A stretch of 64,000 nt of DNA from Eledone cirrhosa (lineage: Eukaryota). The stretch covers positions 63,240,001 through 63,304,000 of the forward strand of contig OZ024743.1 of assembly GCA_964016885.1 (NCBI GenBank), given 5' to 3'. Below are positions 25,543 to 39,910 of this stretch, in pieces. The position numbers were made by a program, and so were the translations under genes. Position 1 is the first letter of the stretch, and every line of letters starts with the position of its first letter. The notes beneath the pieces are model-generated. The model was not told the DNA's origin. It ran no database searches and worked only from the letters and a program-made list of their open reading frames with translations.

Positions 25543-26658
25543 GCTTATGCTTGAAGCATAACAAGAATTTCTTAGATGAAATTATATTGGAGGGTTTTAA
25601 TATAAGAATGAATTCTTTAAAACAAGCAGTTTTGTTTCATGAAACTGCTGCCAGTTTAAGGCAGGTTACTATCAATAGGCAAATCTAGATAAAATTGACA
25701 GGTTGGTATCAAAAGACAAATCTAGATACAATTGTGGGTGGTGGGTAAGTAATAGAAAATGCAGAACCCCATGCTTGCTAGATGGCAAGTAACTAGTAAC
25801 TTCAAGTAACTTCAGCACAGTAACTAGCTAGAAAAGCTAAAAGGTGCAAATATCAACAAACAAGTGCTCCTATCATCATCATTGTAAGTTTCATCATTTA
25901 ACATCCGTTTTCCCTGTCAGTAAGAATTGGATGGTCATCACAGACCAAGTCAGTATTTAATTGGAGCCTCAAACAGGCAAGGTACTCACATTTCAATTAC
26001 ATATATTCCCATAGACTACAGAGTGCACCAGGTGTATTTTAATGTGTAACCAGCACTAAGAAGGCTGTCATGTCTTTGTCTTACCTGAAGAGTCCTGACC
26101 TTTTGTTTGTCCAGTTTTCTACAACTGGATGCCTATCCTATCACCAACCACTGGGTGTGTTTATAGAGTAGATCACCAACACTAGAGTGGTTGTCCTGCC
26201 CATGACTTAATTGAAGAGTCCTGTCGATCCCGTGTCAAATTAAAAGCTTTGGGCTAAATCCATTGATAACAATTTTTATTTACTGCATAGAATCTGCAAG
26301 AATTACTGAAATCTTAACTTTTTCATGCAAAGCTTTCTGAAGCCACCTGTGGTTCTCCATCACAAACCTATTTATTTTTAAATGTTTATATTTATCTAAA
26401 TTATCGATCCTAATTTTATGTAAGAACCTGTAAGTTCATTTTCAAATACCAGAATAATGAAATAATGAAAAGGCTAGTTGTATTACTGACTCTTGACAAA
26501 TTCTTGGTTATTTTCAAAATTATCTTTTTTTTTTATATTAAAACTATAATAATGAACGGCTAAGAAAACATGAACATTAATAGCAAATTGTGATTAGGTG
26601 ATTATCAGGAAACAATAAACTTGAGAGTAGTTTTAGTTTAATTTAGTTCTCTGGACCA

Positions 26659-26912
26659 TTAACTCTTTCATTACCATATTTCTAATGGAGGGTGCTACCT
26701 GTGATTTTCAAATAATTTTGGAAATAACCAAAAATGTTGAAGAAATTAGTAATATAGTAACTTTCTCATTAAGCTGGTGTTTGGAAAATAATTAACAAAA
26801 TAAAAATCTTACATAAATGTAAATTTAAACATGAACATTTAAAAAAAAAAATGCTTTTCATCATAGAATCAGGGGTGGTTTCAGGTGGGTTGTTATGTTA
26901 ACAAAAGGGTTA
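26659..26912 (+). mobile_element. TTAA-flanked piggyBac-type MITE family M1, representative. Other copies at about 9916-10146, 17200-17428(-), 18475-18708, 18705-18908, 25231-25720, 26295-26560(-), 27015-27405, 29068-29295(-), 34589-34820, 35076-35353, 35945-36378(-), 42305-42390 + 45694-45849, 48550-48670(-), 48736-48970, 57340-57527(-), 57830-58005, 60730-60850(-), 62200-62290
   Basis: Ends TTAACCCTTT...AAAGGGTT(A)A and shared body TTACCATATTTCTAATGAAA..TTTTCAAATAATTTTGAAAATAA..TTTAGTAATATAACT..CTCATTATTAAGCTGGTGTTTGG..CATAGAACCAG.GGTGGTTT. Confidence 0.78.
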
Positions 26913-27926
26913 TACTTTATTTTGAGTATTCCTAGATACAGTTTTGGATTAGTATATTCTCTAACCTCTTCAAACATACAGAGTGAATTACAGTGTATAG
27001 TGAAAAAGAAAATTGCCATATTTCTAAACAAAGAGGGTGCCTATGATTTTCAAATAATTTTGAAAATAATCAAGAATTTGGAGAGATTTAGTAATATAGC
27101 AAACATTCTCCATATTAAACTGGTGTTTGGAGCATAAAAGTTCCTATGATGGAAGGTTTTTTTAAAAATCATATTTCTAATGAAAGACTGCATATATTTT
27201 CAAATAACGTAGAAAATAACAAAACTTTTGAGAGATTTAGTAATATAGCTAACATTCTTAGTATTTAATTAATGTTTGGAGCATAACAAAGGTTCTTATA
27301 TAAAGTTATGATGGGAGTTTTTTTAATAAATATAGACACTTTAAAATAAACAGTTTTTGTAGAATCAGGGATAGTTTTAGGCAGTTTAGTATCAAAAGAG
27401 TAACTAGACTGGAAAACTAAACTACTCCAGCAATAACTCATCAAATATGTATAGTTGTTTTATTAGACCTTGATTGATTGATTGATCGATCAGTTTTGAT
27501 TAAATGTACACTAAGCAACAAGTAAAGGTTGATAGCTTTGTACATTGGACATTCTACCAATGTGATTTTGAAGCAGAAACTGAAAAAAATATAGTATGGC
27601 TATACAATACAAATTGTCACTGATCTCTTATTAAATCCTAATGCAGTTGTAGGGGCATTATCAGGATATACAATGTTGTCTCTTAGGCCTTTTAAACCTG
27701 GTGGCACCAATCCCTCTCCAAGTCTGACCAGATGATTTCTTCCAGAGAAATACTAGACTATTAATTAATATACCCACACCAAAATGATGAAAGGCAAAGT
27801 TGGCCTCAGTGGGATTTCAACTTAGAGAAAAGAATGCCACAAAGCATTCTACCTGACACTGTAGCAACTCTGACAGTTTGCTGCCTTATACAATTCAAAT
27901 AGTGGTAGAAAATGACAAATTTATAA

Positions 27927-28096
27927 TAATTGTTTCTACTTTTGGCCAGCAATTATCCCAGTGCACTACTGGTGCTTATTTTATCGACCCCCATAAGGAT
28001 GAAAGGCACAGTTAACCTTGGCTTTATTTGAACTCAGAATGTAAAGGACCATAACTATGCTGCAAAGCATGGTGTCCGACACTATCGATACTGCCA
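27927..28096 (-). mobile_element. SINE S1
   Basis: Same consensus. Confidence 0.8.
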
Positions 28097-28754
28097 ATGC
28101 ACCAATGAATATTTATTAGCTAAAGCATGGCTGTGTGGTTAAGGAGTTCACTTTGCATCTGAATGGTTTCAAGTTTAGTCCTACTGTCAGGAGCAAATTT
28201 CTTCAACTCTAGCCACAAGATGACTAATATCTTATGATGGAAACTGTAGAAATCCATTATATAAATATGTATGTGTGTGTGTTTTATGTCCTGTAAATTA
28301 ACAGTTTGACCAAAAGAGATCAATAAAATAAATACGAGGCTTAAAATAAATCAGAACTGGGATCAATATAATTGACTAAATCTTTTTAAGGCAGTGCCCC
28401 AGCATGGCCACCATCTAATGACAGAAATCAATAATAAATAAATTAATACATATAAGAATATATATATAGAAGTATGAAATTAGTGAATGCTGAATTTATC
28501 ACCAAAGGTCAAAACACTCTAAACATTTTAATACATAAATACCCAACAGATCAAAACCAAAGCAGAACTGTCTAAATACAGAAGCGTGCATGCGTGTGAT
28601 CACCATTTAACTGTCTATTCACCTCACCCACCAGCTAATGTGCTTTCTCTCCTATCTACCCTTTCCCTCATTTTTTAAAAATTTATTTACTATTATTGCC
28701 CATCTCCATTACCCTTTTTCTCTCCCCAAAATATCTAGTCTTCTCTCTTTCTAC

Positions 28755-28790
28755 CTTCTCATGAAGGACGAGTGTCCGAAACGCTAAGAG
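28755..28790 (+). ncRNA. Degenerate minimal type I hammerhead ribozyme (PLE/retrozyme-type)
   Basis: CT[C]ATGA-A-GGAC-GAGT-GTCC-GAAAC-GCTA-AGAG. Perfect stem II; core G5 is changed to C. Confidence 0.5.
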
Positions 28791-31435
28791 TATTTCCAAC
28801 TATATGAAGCATTAAACTAACACATCATCAATGCATAGCATTGTTCTCTTGTGTTGTTTTTCATTGTTGCTTTATATATAGTATGCTCAAATGTGATTGA
28901 AAGAGAAAAGAGGGACTTAATACATTTAGCATAAGTGTTTTGTTTAAACTTAATTTCCCTTCTCATTACTCAAGATTGCATGTAAAGGCATCACAGAGCA
29001 TAAGTAAAGAAAAAAAAAACTGAAATATGAAGCTAGGTTAGGATTCAGCTCACTAAAAACTAACCTCAAACCTTTTAATACTGACCTGGTCAAAACCAGC
29101 TTTGGCTCTATGATACAAACCATCCTATTTCAAAGAGTTCTATAATCTTCCAACATAATTTTATATCAGAACCATCTGTTAAGTTACTATCTTAATAAAG
29201 AAATATTTAATAATTTTAGTAAATCACTCAAACTTCTTCATTAACTAATTGAATTAGAGTGTATTTCATTAGAAATAAGGCCACCACGGGTTAATGTCTT
29301 TTTTATAGACATTAAAAGCACAAGAGAAAGAAAATAGCTAGAACTGGAACATAAAACTTAGTTGTAAACTCAGCTCACCAGGAGCTAATCTCATTTATGA
29401 TTTATTTTAAAGGCAAGAGTGATAGTTTTACTCTACTATAATACTAGTACTTATTTTTTATCAGTATTGAGGGGGAAATTAGATACAATGTTAACACCCT
29501 GTTGGGATTTGAGCTCAGAACTATGATAAAATGAAACCCGATACTGTGTGTGTGCGTACGTAAATCATTTATAATGGATTGAATAAGATTTACTAAATAA
29601 ATTCTAGCATTCTGTTATTTATATGAGATCATAGTCCAAGGTGACTAATTTAATATGTAAAAACACCAGTACTAGGTCCTTCAAATTCATTATTTTCAAA
29701 ATTATTTGAAAATCATTGGCAATGTCTTCCCTCAAAAATCTAGTAATGAAAGACTTAAAAGACAGACATTCTCAATGGAACAAATAACACCTTTGAGAGG
29801 TAAGAAAGCGGGAAGAAAAATTATATTGTAAAATTAGCAGAAGTAGGGTAAACTTGAAATATTGTTTAACTTTTAGGTTACCATCATAACATGATTTATT
29901 TTTTATTTCATTTTTTTTTTTTTTTTTAGATTTACAGGTTGCATCCATGAAGGTTTAGCTCACCTTCTATGAGGTTGCATGTCATCAGTGGTTTCTTGTG
30001 TTGTTATGAAAAACAATATGAAATGAAGTATCTTGCTCAAGAACATAACATGTTGCCCAGTCAAGAAACCGAACCCACTAGGTTATGAGTTTGAACACCC
30101 TAAGCATTCGGCTCATGCACCTTCACAAAGCAGGTTTTAGATAATTTTATATGAAAAACAGTAAGACTAAGGAAATAAGACATTTGCAACTCATTCAGTA
30201 TTGACATTTTGAGATAAAACACTATTCTCATACATGTTTACTGAAGTGTTTTATAAAAAGAGCCAGCTGCTTCTGACTATCTCAAGTAGGCACTTTAGCA
30301 ATGAAGTTTTGACTATAGCCACCACATTGTGTTAAGTCACATGCATCTTTATATGTGTATATGCATGTCTGAGGGAGTGTAAAAACATACATATATTTTC
30401 ATATGACACAATGGTAGTGATTAACTCAGCATTGACTCTCATAACCTTTGCAAAATAGTACAAAGCAATTGAACAATAGTAAGAAGGTAGAGCAACTATG
30501 CATTTAAGGTTGTGGTTTACTTACATCAACATAATGAAATCAGATCCCGTTACACCCAGAATCCATTTGGTAAGACACAATCTTGTATTCATTAGTCAAG
30601 CTGGTTGGAAATTAGATTCTACCATTACTTTATAAGTGGATTAGTAAGGAAAAAAACCCAACAAAATCAGTCCATGCACCTATGTAGGTTCAGTTGGACA
30701 CCTTTGGACACCTGAAGTTGTGTCTCAAAAGTAATTGCTTGGGTACTGGTCCCAGCATGAAAACCAAGGTGAAATGAAACATTTTGTTTAAGAACACAAT
30801 GAGTCACCCAATCCAGGAATTAAAACCCATGACCTTATGATCGTGAATTCAACATCCTAACCACTAGGCCATGCACCTTTACAGTAAGGAAGGGTTATGA
30901 ACACTATTTTATAGTCATTTTCCATGCTAAAGAAAGAAAACTGGCCTTCTGAGACCCAAGATAAACGCCAAACTCATTATGGGATCGACTGAGACAATGT
31001 TGTACAATTGGATATTCTTCCTGTCACCAACCTTTTCCAACACATGAGGATATCATGTAACTAAGATACACACAAACATTAGTCAGGAATGATTAGATAG
31101 CTATAAATTCCACAGCAATTATAAAATTTGAAAAAATGTAGAGCATTCATTAAACATATTTTTGTGAGAAGGGATACTGTACATTAGGTCCCTGTCCTAT
31201 CATGTAAAGCAATGGGGGGGAATGATGCATCTTGCTTAAGAACACAATGTGATGCCTGGTCCATGTATTGAACCCATAACCATATGATTGAGTTCCAAAC
31301 GCTGACCACTAGGCCATGCGGCTCCACTATTTCAATTCTGTGTCGATTTAATTGACTTTTCCCCTTCCCCAAATTGTTGGTTTTGTGCCTAAATTAGAAA
31401 CTATTGCATTAGTGATGAGAGAGAGAGAGAGAGAA

Positions 31436-31480
<45 letters not shown>

Positions 31481-31569
31481 TTTAAATGTTTATAGTATTT
31501 TTTACCATTGTAGAAATTATTGTGAAAAATTGCAGTAAAATAAACTCCTTTATTCTTTTACTGTGACGT

Positions 31570-31865
31570 TGTGGCGACAAAAAGCACCCAGTCCATTTTG
31601 TAGGAAGTCATGTTGGTACCATGATAAAAAATCACCTAGTCCACTGTCAGATGTTTGCTTTGGTGTCATGATAAAAAAAAAGCACCCAGTTCCCACTGTA
31701 ATGTGGTTGGAAGGGCATTCAGCCATAGAAACCAAGCCAGAAACAGTTTCATATGAGTAAGTCACAGTTACCTGCCTGACCTGACTTGTTTCACAACATG
31801 ACAACTTGTCTAACCCATGCAAGAATGGAAAAATAGATGTTAAATTGTGGTGATGATGAGGATGT
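31570..31865 (+). mobile_element. RTE-tail-derived repeat, representative. Similar copies at about 1975-2200(-), 4286-4400(-), 6110-6300(-), 6320-6610(+), 14570-14720(-), 16900-17030(+), 17065-17190(-), 17555-17900(-), 25875-26230(-), 47645-47900(-), 49220-49510(+), 51140-51360(-), 58385-58635(-), 60040-60365(+), 63250-63580(-)
   Basis: Shared AAAAGCACCCAG..CACTGTAAAGTGG sub-repeats, GGAAGGGCAT.CAGC box, CTAACCCATGC.AG.ATGGAAA terminal box and (GAT)n. Confidence 0.75.
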
Positions 31866-32128
31866 AGTCATAGTGCTGTTTTATATTCTTCAAGAGTGTT
31901 TTGTTAATGCAGTTTCATGTGGTACAGGACATTACGAGTTAATCATTACAATAACTAACACTAAAGGTGTTAAATCCTAATTGAATAAATCATCAATTAA
32001 CAGTGTGTAACATTAACAGATGAAAGAGTTAACTTCATGCAATAACAATGCACCTTAAGCCTACATCTAAGAGTGAAATAACTCAACCGAAAATAATAGT
32101 TTGCTTTCATCTAATGAAGGATTGAAGA

Positions 32129-32171
<43 letters not shown>

Positions 32172-32839
32172 TTTTTAAGTGTTCTCTTACGGAAGTATCC
32201 GAAGGTCATGTTAAGCTCACTAATTTAAGACACACACAAAAAGCCTTTATCTTCATTACAGCTCAAGTCTCATTAACATCAAACATAACTTAAATTACAT
32301 TAACTTCCTCATTTCACTCTTTGCCAGTCCTTGATTCCTCTCTTTGTGCAAACACTCAGAAAATTATCAAAATTATTATTATCAAACTACTTAAAATTGC
32401 ATTAGGCATAAATATATTCCATAGAACAACGACAACACAAAATTATTCTTTTCTGTAAAGAATAATAATAATAATAAGAAGAAGAAAAGACCACACACAC
32501 ATTATTTTAAAACAATTTGATCTCATTAAATAAACAGTAATCAAGCTAACTTGCTGGTAATAAATATAACATGACAAAAAGAAAGAGTTGAATTGAGATT
32601 AAGCCAGAACAAAGCTGAAAACCGATATTTAGCACAAATATTTTACTGGTACCAGTTGATCATTTAAGTAAAATTAAAATGACTCCAAGATTCCACTGTC
32701 AGATTGAACCCAAGATCTTATGATTGCTAATCAAATGCCTTCATTTTTAATCTAAATTGTTTCCCAACTTGAACTGATGCTGACATTATAGCGGAAGGCA
32801 GTATTTTCTATGTGAACTAAGAGAATAATTGAGTATTAT

Positions 32840-33432
32840 AAGAATTGAATGTGCAAGAAAGAGGGTTGCACAGGTATGGATATATTATGCATAAGGAGAG
32901 CAAATGCTGTATAAAAAGTGCTGAGTACTTGAAGTGGATAGATGGAACCTGCAAAAGAGGAAAACAGGAAGACATGGAACAAAGTTGTAAAGTAACTGAA
33001 CCTCATGAAAGAAATGACGAAAGACCAAGCTGACTGGTGGTATGCTATAGTACAAAAAGACTCATCCACTAGTACAAGTACTGAAACAAATGGAAATATG
33101 AGAGCCCAGAGGCTACAGTGTTTGGCAGTTGAATGGAGACAATACAGAGTTTCAATGGATTCTTCAGTCTGGCCTAGCATGTGACAACCTCTCTCATGCT
33201 AGTGCCATAATAAAATGCACCCAGCACACCTCTGTAAAGTGGTAGTGCTGATACCATGAAAAACAAACACATCCAGTACACATTGACGTTAGGAATGGCA
33301 TCCAGTTATAGAAACCATGGCAAATATGGAACAAAAACAAGTAAGATGGACAATCCCACCCGTCTGGACTGTAACAATCCATCCAACACATTCCAGTAAG
33401 AAAAGCAGATGTAGAAGATGATAATGATGATG
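32840..33432 (+). mobile_element. Decayed RTE C-terminus plus tail module
   Basis: VQERGLHRYGYIMH..CI..GTCKRGK..KTW remnants. The tail ends in (GAT)n. Confidence 0.65.
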
Positions 33433-35245
33433 TGAATGTGTAAATATATGCTCTCCAGCTTCATAACAAGAATGCTCTCTTCTCTTTCTTCACTGTCTTA
33501 TAAGCAGCTTTTCTACAGTGAAAAAGTTTCATTAGCTCATGAATTAGTTTCAAATATGACGCATTCAACCAATTAACCTTATTACAAAAGATCACATCAT
33601 TTCAGCAGAGACAATAAGAATTACATTTTCTCCACTTTACTTTCCAAGTGATATTGATTTCTTTCGCAATAACAAGGCATGTTTTTGTTGTTATTTTTTC
33701 TAACAAGAAGAGGTATATTTAATTTTATTCAATTCACTTCAATTAAACCCCAGAAGTAATATGACAACAAGAACAACAATAGCTTTTTATGGCCACCTTC
33801 CTGCTAAAGCGGAACCTCAAGACAAACTTCCTCATTTTGCCCTATCACCTGTATTCTCCCACTCACCAAACCCTTTCATTTTTTCTTCCATCATCTTTAG
33901 CCAAGTCTTCCTTGGTCTTCTTTCTATACCTCTTTCCAGATTCATTTCCATCACTCCTCTCCCCCAGTCACTTTGATACTTCCTCAACATATGACCCAAC
34001 CATCTCCCTTCACAAATTCATCACTGATTCTATTTCCATCATCCTTTGCAATTCTCTCTCTCTCTCATCTACCAAACAATTCTCATTTCTCTGCTACTCC
34101 ATATTCATCACACATGTTTTACTCCCATAAATCATGTATCCAGTTTAGAATAAGTACCTCATATCTCTGTGTGTTGTAAGAGGTGACTAAAAGATTTAGC
34201 ACCAGGAAGGGAATCTGGTTATAAAACAAAACCTCAAAAAAGGCCCAGAAGTAATATGAGTGGTACTTAATTGATTGAACTGGGAGACTTGAGATGTAAA
34301 ATAAATCTGACAAAATTTAAGCATAAAACTGACCGAAACAAAATACTGGATAGAAATTGCTATTACACAAGCACACAAAAAATGTTATATGATCGATTAA
34401 ATCAAAGTTACATAAACTACAACAAAAATAAATATTCTGAAACCAATATTAAGCATTGATCAGCAAAGATTTTTTTTAATATGCATGTTTTCAAATGCAC
34501 TTAAATTTCCATTTCCGGCCTAGTTTTGCATTGTTCAAACAATGCATGTGACTTGGTCTTTTTTTTTTTTTTTTAAGGCACCCCTCTGTTAACACTTTCG
34601 TTACCATATTTCTGATAAAAGACACTGCCTATGATTTTCAAATAACCAAGAATTTTGAATAATAACTAACTTTCTTATTAAGCTAGTGTTTGGATTACCA
34701 CCATCACAACTTAAAAATTCTTCCATTGAATTATGATGGATAGGTTTTAGATAAATATAATCATGGTAGCTAGTGTAGCACCAAGAACACTTTCAGGAAG
34801 TTTGGTATCAAAAGGATTAAGCACATTAGTAAACAATGTAATTAAATCCTTAAGAGTAATGTTTAATATTTATTTTCATGGTAATATATGTGACTTTGTC
34901 CTAACTGAACATATGACTTTAGTGGCAAGACAGCAGCCTCAACAAGAATTTTATGGCCATTTTCCATGCTAAAGCAGAGGTTGTCCTTGCAGAGGGTGAG
35001 AAGCTTCATCATTTTATCTTATCTGCATTGCCCTTCTCTAAGCCCCATAGCTTTCATTTCATCCTCCTGTATCTGTAACCCCTTTGTCAGCATATTTCTC
35101 ATAAAATTCCCTACCAATGTGTTTCAATGAATTTTGAAAAGAATCAAGAATTTGGAAGGATTAGTAATATAACTAGGTTTCTCATTATTAAGTTGGTGTT
35201 GAGAGCATACCATAACACAGGTGCTTACATAAAATTGTGGTGGAA

Positions 35246-35287
<42 letters not shown>

Positions 35288-36465
35288 GATTAAAACAATT
35301 TTGCATCATAGAACCAGTGGCAGTTTCAGGCAGTTTGGTATCAAAAGGATTAACCATGTCTTTCTTGGTCTTCTTCCTCTAGAGCTGGGTTGAGAACCTG
35401 TTGTTCTTTAGACTATCTCAGATGGCTCTGAGGCACTCTGAATATGTTATTTTTTTCCACTTGATTAAATTTACAATCTTGTATTAAAATATACCCTACA
35501 ACTTATGACCCTGATATTGAAGCAATTTCAGATAAGATGCGAAGCAAAAAAAAATCGCATTCATGTTTACTAGTATGTATTTTTACTGTAATAAATTATG
35601 CAGCTCTGATAATCTCAGATATTTTAAAAGCTAAAAGTGGCTCTTCAGACTGAAAAGTTTCCTTGTTATAGAATAATCAAACTAATACAAGCTTCCAAAA
35701 TAAATAAAAAATGCAATTTAAAAATGATCAACTACTATTATTATAGTCATCTGCATTGGGACGACTACATTTCAAATTTTCTCAATGCATCTCGAGTCAA
35801 CTGGATGTTAAAACAATTTTATGTAAAGGAGATTCATTGTAGAATTAACCAATTTTATCTTATTTATAAAAATGGAAATGAGTAAATACACTGATTTACT
35901 ATTATAACAATGTTAAGTTTATGAACATAAATTATAAGTTTTATTTAGCCCTTTTGATACTAATCTGCTTTAATTTCACTCTGATTCTATGAAACAAAAC
36001 CATTCATTCTAAAGAGTTCCTATTTAAATTATAATCTTTCAACATAATTTGATTTAAGAGGCCTCTGTTTTCTCACAAATATCATCGTAATAATGAAACA
36101 ACAATTTTAGTAAATTTCATTAAATTTTTCAAACTTTTTTGATAGCATACCGTTTTCCATCACCCTTGGTTCTATGATACAAAACTATGTATTTTAAAGT
36201 GTTTAAAACCTCCCATTACAATTGTATCTAAGAACATTTATTAAGTTACATACAAAACAGTAGCTTGATAATGAGAAGGTTATATTAATAAATTTGTCTA
36301 AATTATTGATTATTTTCAAGACTATTTGAAAATCATAGGTAGTATCTATCATAAGAAATATGAAAATGAAAGAGTTAATGCTTGAGAGGAAATACAAAGA
36401 CTTACTTCTGGTGTGTTTTTGTGTATGTGGAAACATACGTGCATGCATATATATAATATATATAC

Positions 36466-37410
36466 ATGGGAGACTTTGTCCTGTGCACAGGAATAATCCA
36501 AGGGAAAAGCAGCAGTGATATAAACTTCTTCAAGTCACAGAAAGGGTCCGTAGAAGTGGTTGACATCATCTGTTATCTAGGTGACTTAATGAACAGTGGA
36601 GGAGGGTGTTTTGAGAGCATAATGGCTAGAATAAGGATAGGATGGAACTAGTTTAGAGAGCTCATTCCACTGTTGGCAACAAAAGATTTCTCCCTACTTA
36701 CAAAAAGACGACTGTATGATGCCTGTGTGCAAAGTGTGATACTGCATGGTAATGAAACATGGGTAGAAGACATGCATAGGCTGGAGAGAAATGAAGCAAC
36801 CATGCTTCTTATCCAAGAAGCATGGTTGCTTCATTTCAATGTAAATGTGAAAGAAAGACAGAGCTTGGATGAATTGAGGAAGAAGCTGAGTTTAAGAGGA
36901 ATCTGAGGTGGTGTGCAGGGGAGAAGACTGCATTGGTATAGACATGTTATGTGCAGGGATAATGATCAATGGGTGAAAAGCGAGTGGAAGGAAGCTGCAT
37001 TTCCACACTTGCATTGGTTATATATATATATATGCATGTACACTATAAAAGGACTCACTGCTGGTGTGCTTGTATGGATGATAGTATGTATGGTTTGTAT
37101 GTATTTACATTGCATCAAAAGAGCGATGCTCTGATGACATGATAAAACACACCCAATACACTTTTAAAAATGGTTGATGATAGGAAAGACAGTCAACAGT
37201 AGAAAACTTTAGAAACAAAGGGTTGAAAGGACACTTTACTGTGTGTCAGAGATATGACAACTTCTCACATGCTGGTTCCACGAAAATACACTCAATATAA
37301 TGTTGAGAGAGAGTGTGGAAACATGTAAATCAGATCCCCCACCTCGCTTTATAGGAGATGTCAATAGCTACAATTAAGTACTAACTTGGTCTATGATGAC
37401 CTATCCAACC
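36466..37410 (+). mobile_element. Decayed RTE C-terminal fragment plus tail module
   Basis: ORFs 36466..36651, 36673..36906 and 36913..37134 give CYLGD..GGGC, RLYDACV..LHGNETW and RRLHWY.HV. Confidence 0.82.
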
Positions 37411-37464
37411 CTTAACAGGAGGAGCTATGTATGTACATGTGTGTGTATGTTTATATATATACAT

Positions 37465-37659
37465 CAGACCTGCCAACCTCTAAAAACCCAAATGGGGAGT
37501 ACCATGAAAAAAAGTGCCTCAAAATGGGGAGAAATGAGGCAAAACGGGGAGATTTTACATAATGAAAGTTGTACCCATTTTCACAAGAGAAGACATCTCT
37601 CCCCCACCCCAAAGTGGGTGGGATATCTTCTTGTCAGATGGAAAGAGTTGACAGCCCTG
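37465..37659. mobile_element. hAT-like MITE
   Basis: Imperfect TIRs CAGACCTGCCAACC / AGTTGACAGCCCTG, internal AAAATGGGGAG sub-repeats, flanked by the direct repeat ATACAT. Confidence 0.55.
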
Positions 37660-38314
37660 ATACATGCATGCATGTATATATGTATGCAAATATGCTATCA
37701 CTGTTATAAGTAACTGAAAAGCAGTAAAAGCTCTTCATGGTTGGAGAGTAAGTTAAGGAAAGACAAAAGATTGAGAGTATTGTGTGTTTGTATGTGAGTG
37801 TGAAACATTTGGTGAAAGTGACCTAAATACATATTCAGGTTGTTATTTGTTTTCATTATACTTTTTAAAATGTTTCTTTATAAATGACTAGAACTCCATT
37901 TCTAAAACCACACACACACACACATATACATATATATATATATATATATATACATACATACATACATACATATACACATACAAATGCACACACAGTAGGT
38001 AGTGAAATAAATAAAAAGAAATATTCTATATTAGATGTAACTGAGGTGACTGGAATTTGGGGAGATATCAGTTGGAAACTAGAAAATAGAGAAAGAAATA
38101 GCAAAGGTATTTCTATTCAAAGTTAAAACATTTGTCAGAATACTAGATAGAGAATGAAGTAAGAGAGGACAGAGAGAAAGGGGAGAGGGGTGGAGAGAAA
38201 GAGACACCTAGACAGAAGGGGGGGGAGGAGACGGAAGAGGGGAAGAGAAAAACAGAAAATGGAGAAACAGAAAAATGAAATGGAAGAGAAACTGAGACAA
38301 AAATGGTAGAGGTA

Positions 38315-39910
38315 GAGATGAGAGAGGAGGGGATGGGAGAGAGATGAGAGAGGAGGGGATGGGAGAGAGATGAGAGAGGAGGGGATAGGAGAGAGATGAG
38401 AGAGGAGGGGATAGGAGAGAGATGAGAGAGGAGGGGATAGGAGAGAGATGAGAGTGGTGGCGATAGGAGAGAGATGAGAGTGGTGGCGATAGGAGAGAGA
38501 TGAGAGTGGTGGCGATAGGAGAGAGATGAGAGTGGTGGCGATAGGAGAGAGATGAGAGTGGTGGCGATAGGAGAGAGATGAGAGTGGTGGCGATAGGAGA
38601 GAGATGAGAGTGGTGGCGATAGGAGAGAGATGAGAGTGGTGGCGATAGGAGAGAGATGAGAGTGGTGGCGATAGGAGAGAGATGAGAGTGGTGGCGATAG
38701 GAGAGAGATGAGAGTGGTGGCGATAGGAGAGAGATGAGAGTGGTGGCGATAGGAGAGAGATGAGAGTGGTGGCGATAGGAGAGAGATGAGAGTGGTGGCG
38801 ATAGGAGAGAGATGAGAGTGGTGGCGATAGGAGAGAGATGAGAGTGGTGGCGATAGGAGAGAGATGAGAGTGGTGGCGATAGGAGAGAGATGAGAGAGGG
38901 GGGCGATAGGAGAGAGATGAGAGAGGGGGGCGATAGGAGAGAGATGAGAGAGGGGGGCGATAGGAGAGAGATGAGAGAGGGGGGCGATAGGAGAGAGATG
39001 AGAGAGGAGGGGATAGGAGAGAGATGAGAGAGGAGGGGATAGGAGAGAGATGAGAGAGGAGGGGATAGGAGAGAGATGAGAGAGGAGGGGATAGGAGAGA
39101 GATGAGAGTGGTGGCGATAGGAGAGAGATGAGAGTGGTGGCGATAGGAGAGAGATGAGAGTGGTGGCGATAGGAGAGAGATAAGAGTGGTGGCGATAGGA
39201 GAGAGATGAGTGTGGTGGCGATAGGAGAGAGATGGGAGTGGTGGCGATAGGAGAGAGATGAGTGTGGTGGCGATAGGAGAGAGATGAGTGTGGTGGCGAT
39301 AGGAGAGAGATGAGTGTGGTGGCGATAGGAGAGAGATGAGAGTGGTGGCGATAGGAGAGAGATGAGTGTGGTGGCGATAGGAGAGAGATGAGTGTGGTGG
39401 CGATAGGAGAGAGATGAGTGTGGTGGCGATAGGAGAGAGATGAGAGTGGTGGCGATAGGAGAGAGATGAGAGTGGTGGCGATAGGAGAGAGATGAGATGA
39501 GGAGTAAGAGAGAGATGAGATGAGGAGTAAGAGAGAGATGAGATGAGGAGTAAGAGAGAGATGAGATGAGGAGTAAGAGAGAGATGAGGGGAGTAGGAGA
39601 GAGGCGGGGAGTAGGAGAGAGGCGGGGAGTAGGAGAGAGGCGGGGAGTAGGAGAGAGGTGGGGAGTAGGAGAGAGGTGGGGAGTAGGAGAGAGGTGGGGA
39701 GTAGGAGAGAGGCGGTGAGTAGGAGAGAGGCGGTGAGTAGGAGAGAGGCGGGGGTTAGGAGAGAGGCGAGGGTTAGGAGAGAGGCGGGGGTTAGGAGAGA
39801 GGCGGGGGTTAGGAGAGAGGCGGGGGTTAGGAGAGAGGCGGGGGTTAGGAGAGAGGCGGGGGTTAGGAGAGAGGCGGTGGTAGGAGAGAGGCGGGGGTAG
39901 GAGAGAGGGG
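38315..39910. repeat. Compound purine-rich minisatellite (26-, 23- and 18-bp units)
   Basis: About 45 x GAGAGAGATGAGAGTGGTGGCGATAG and variants, then 4 x 23 bp, then about 17 x GAGAGAGGCGGGG(A/G)(G/T)TAG. Confidence 0.95.

Noticed and set aside
38315-39910. CRISPR-like array, or the coding repeat ORF 39658..39900
   Set aside because: Head-to-tail units without unique spacers, in eukaryotic DNA. The ORF is just the 18-bp unit translated.
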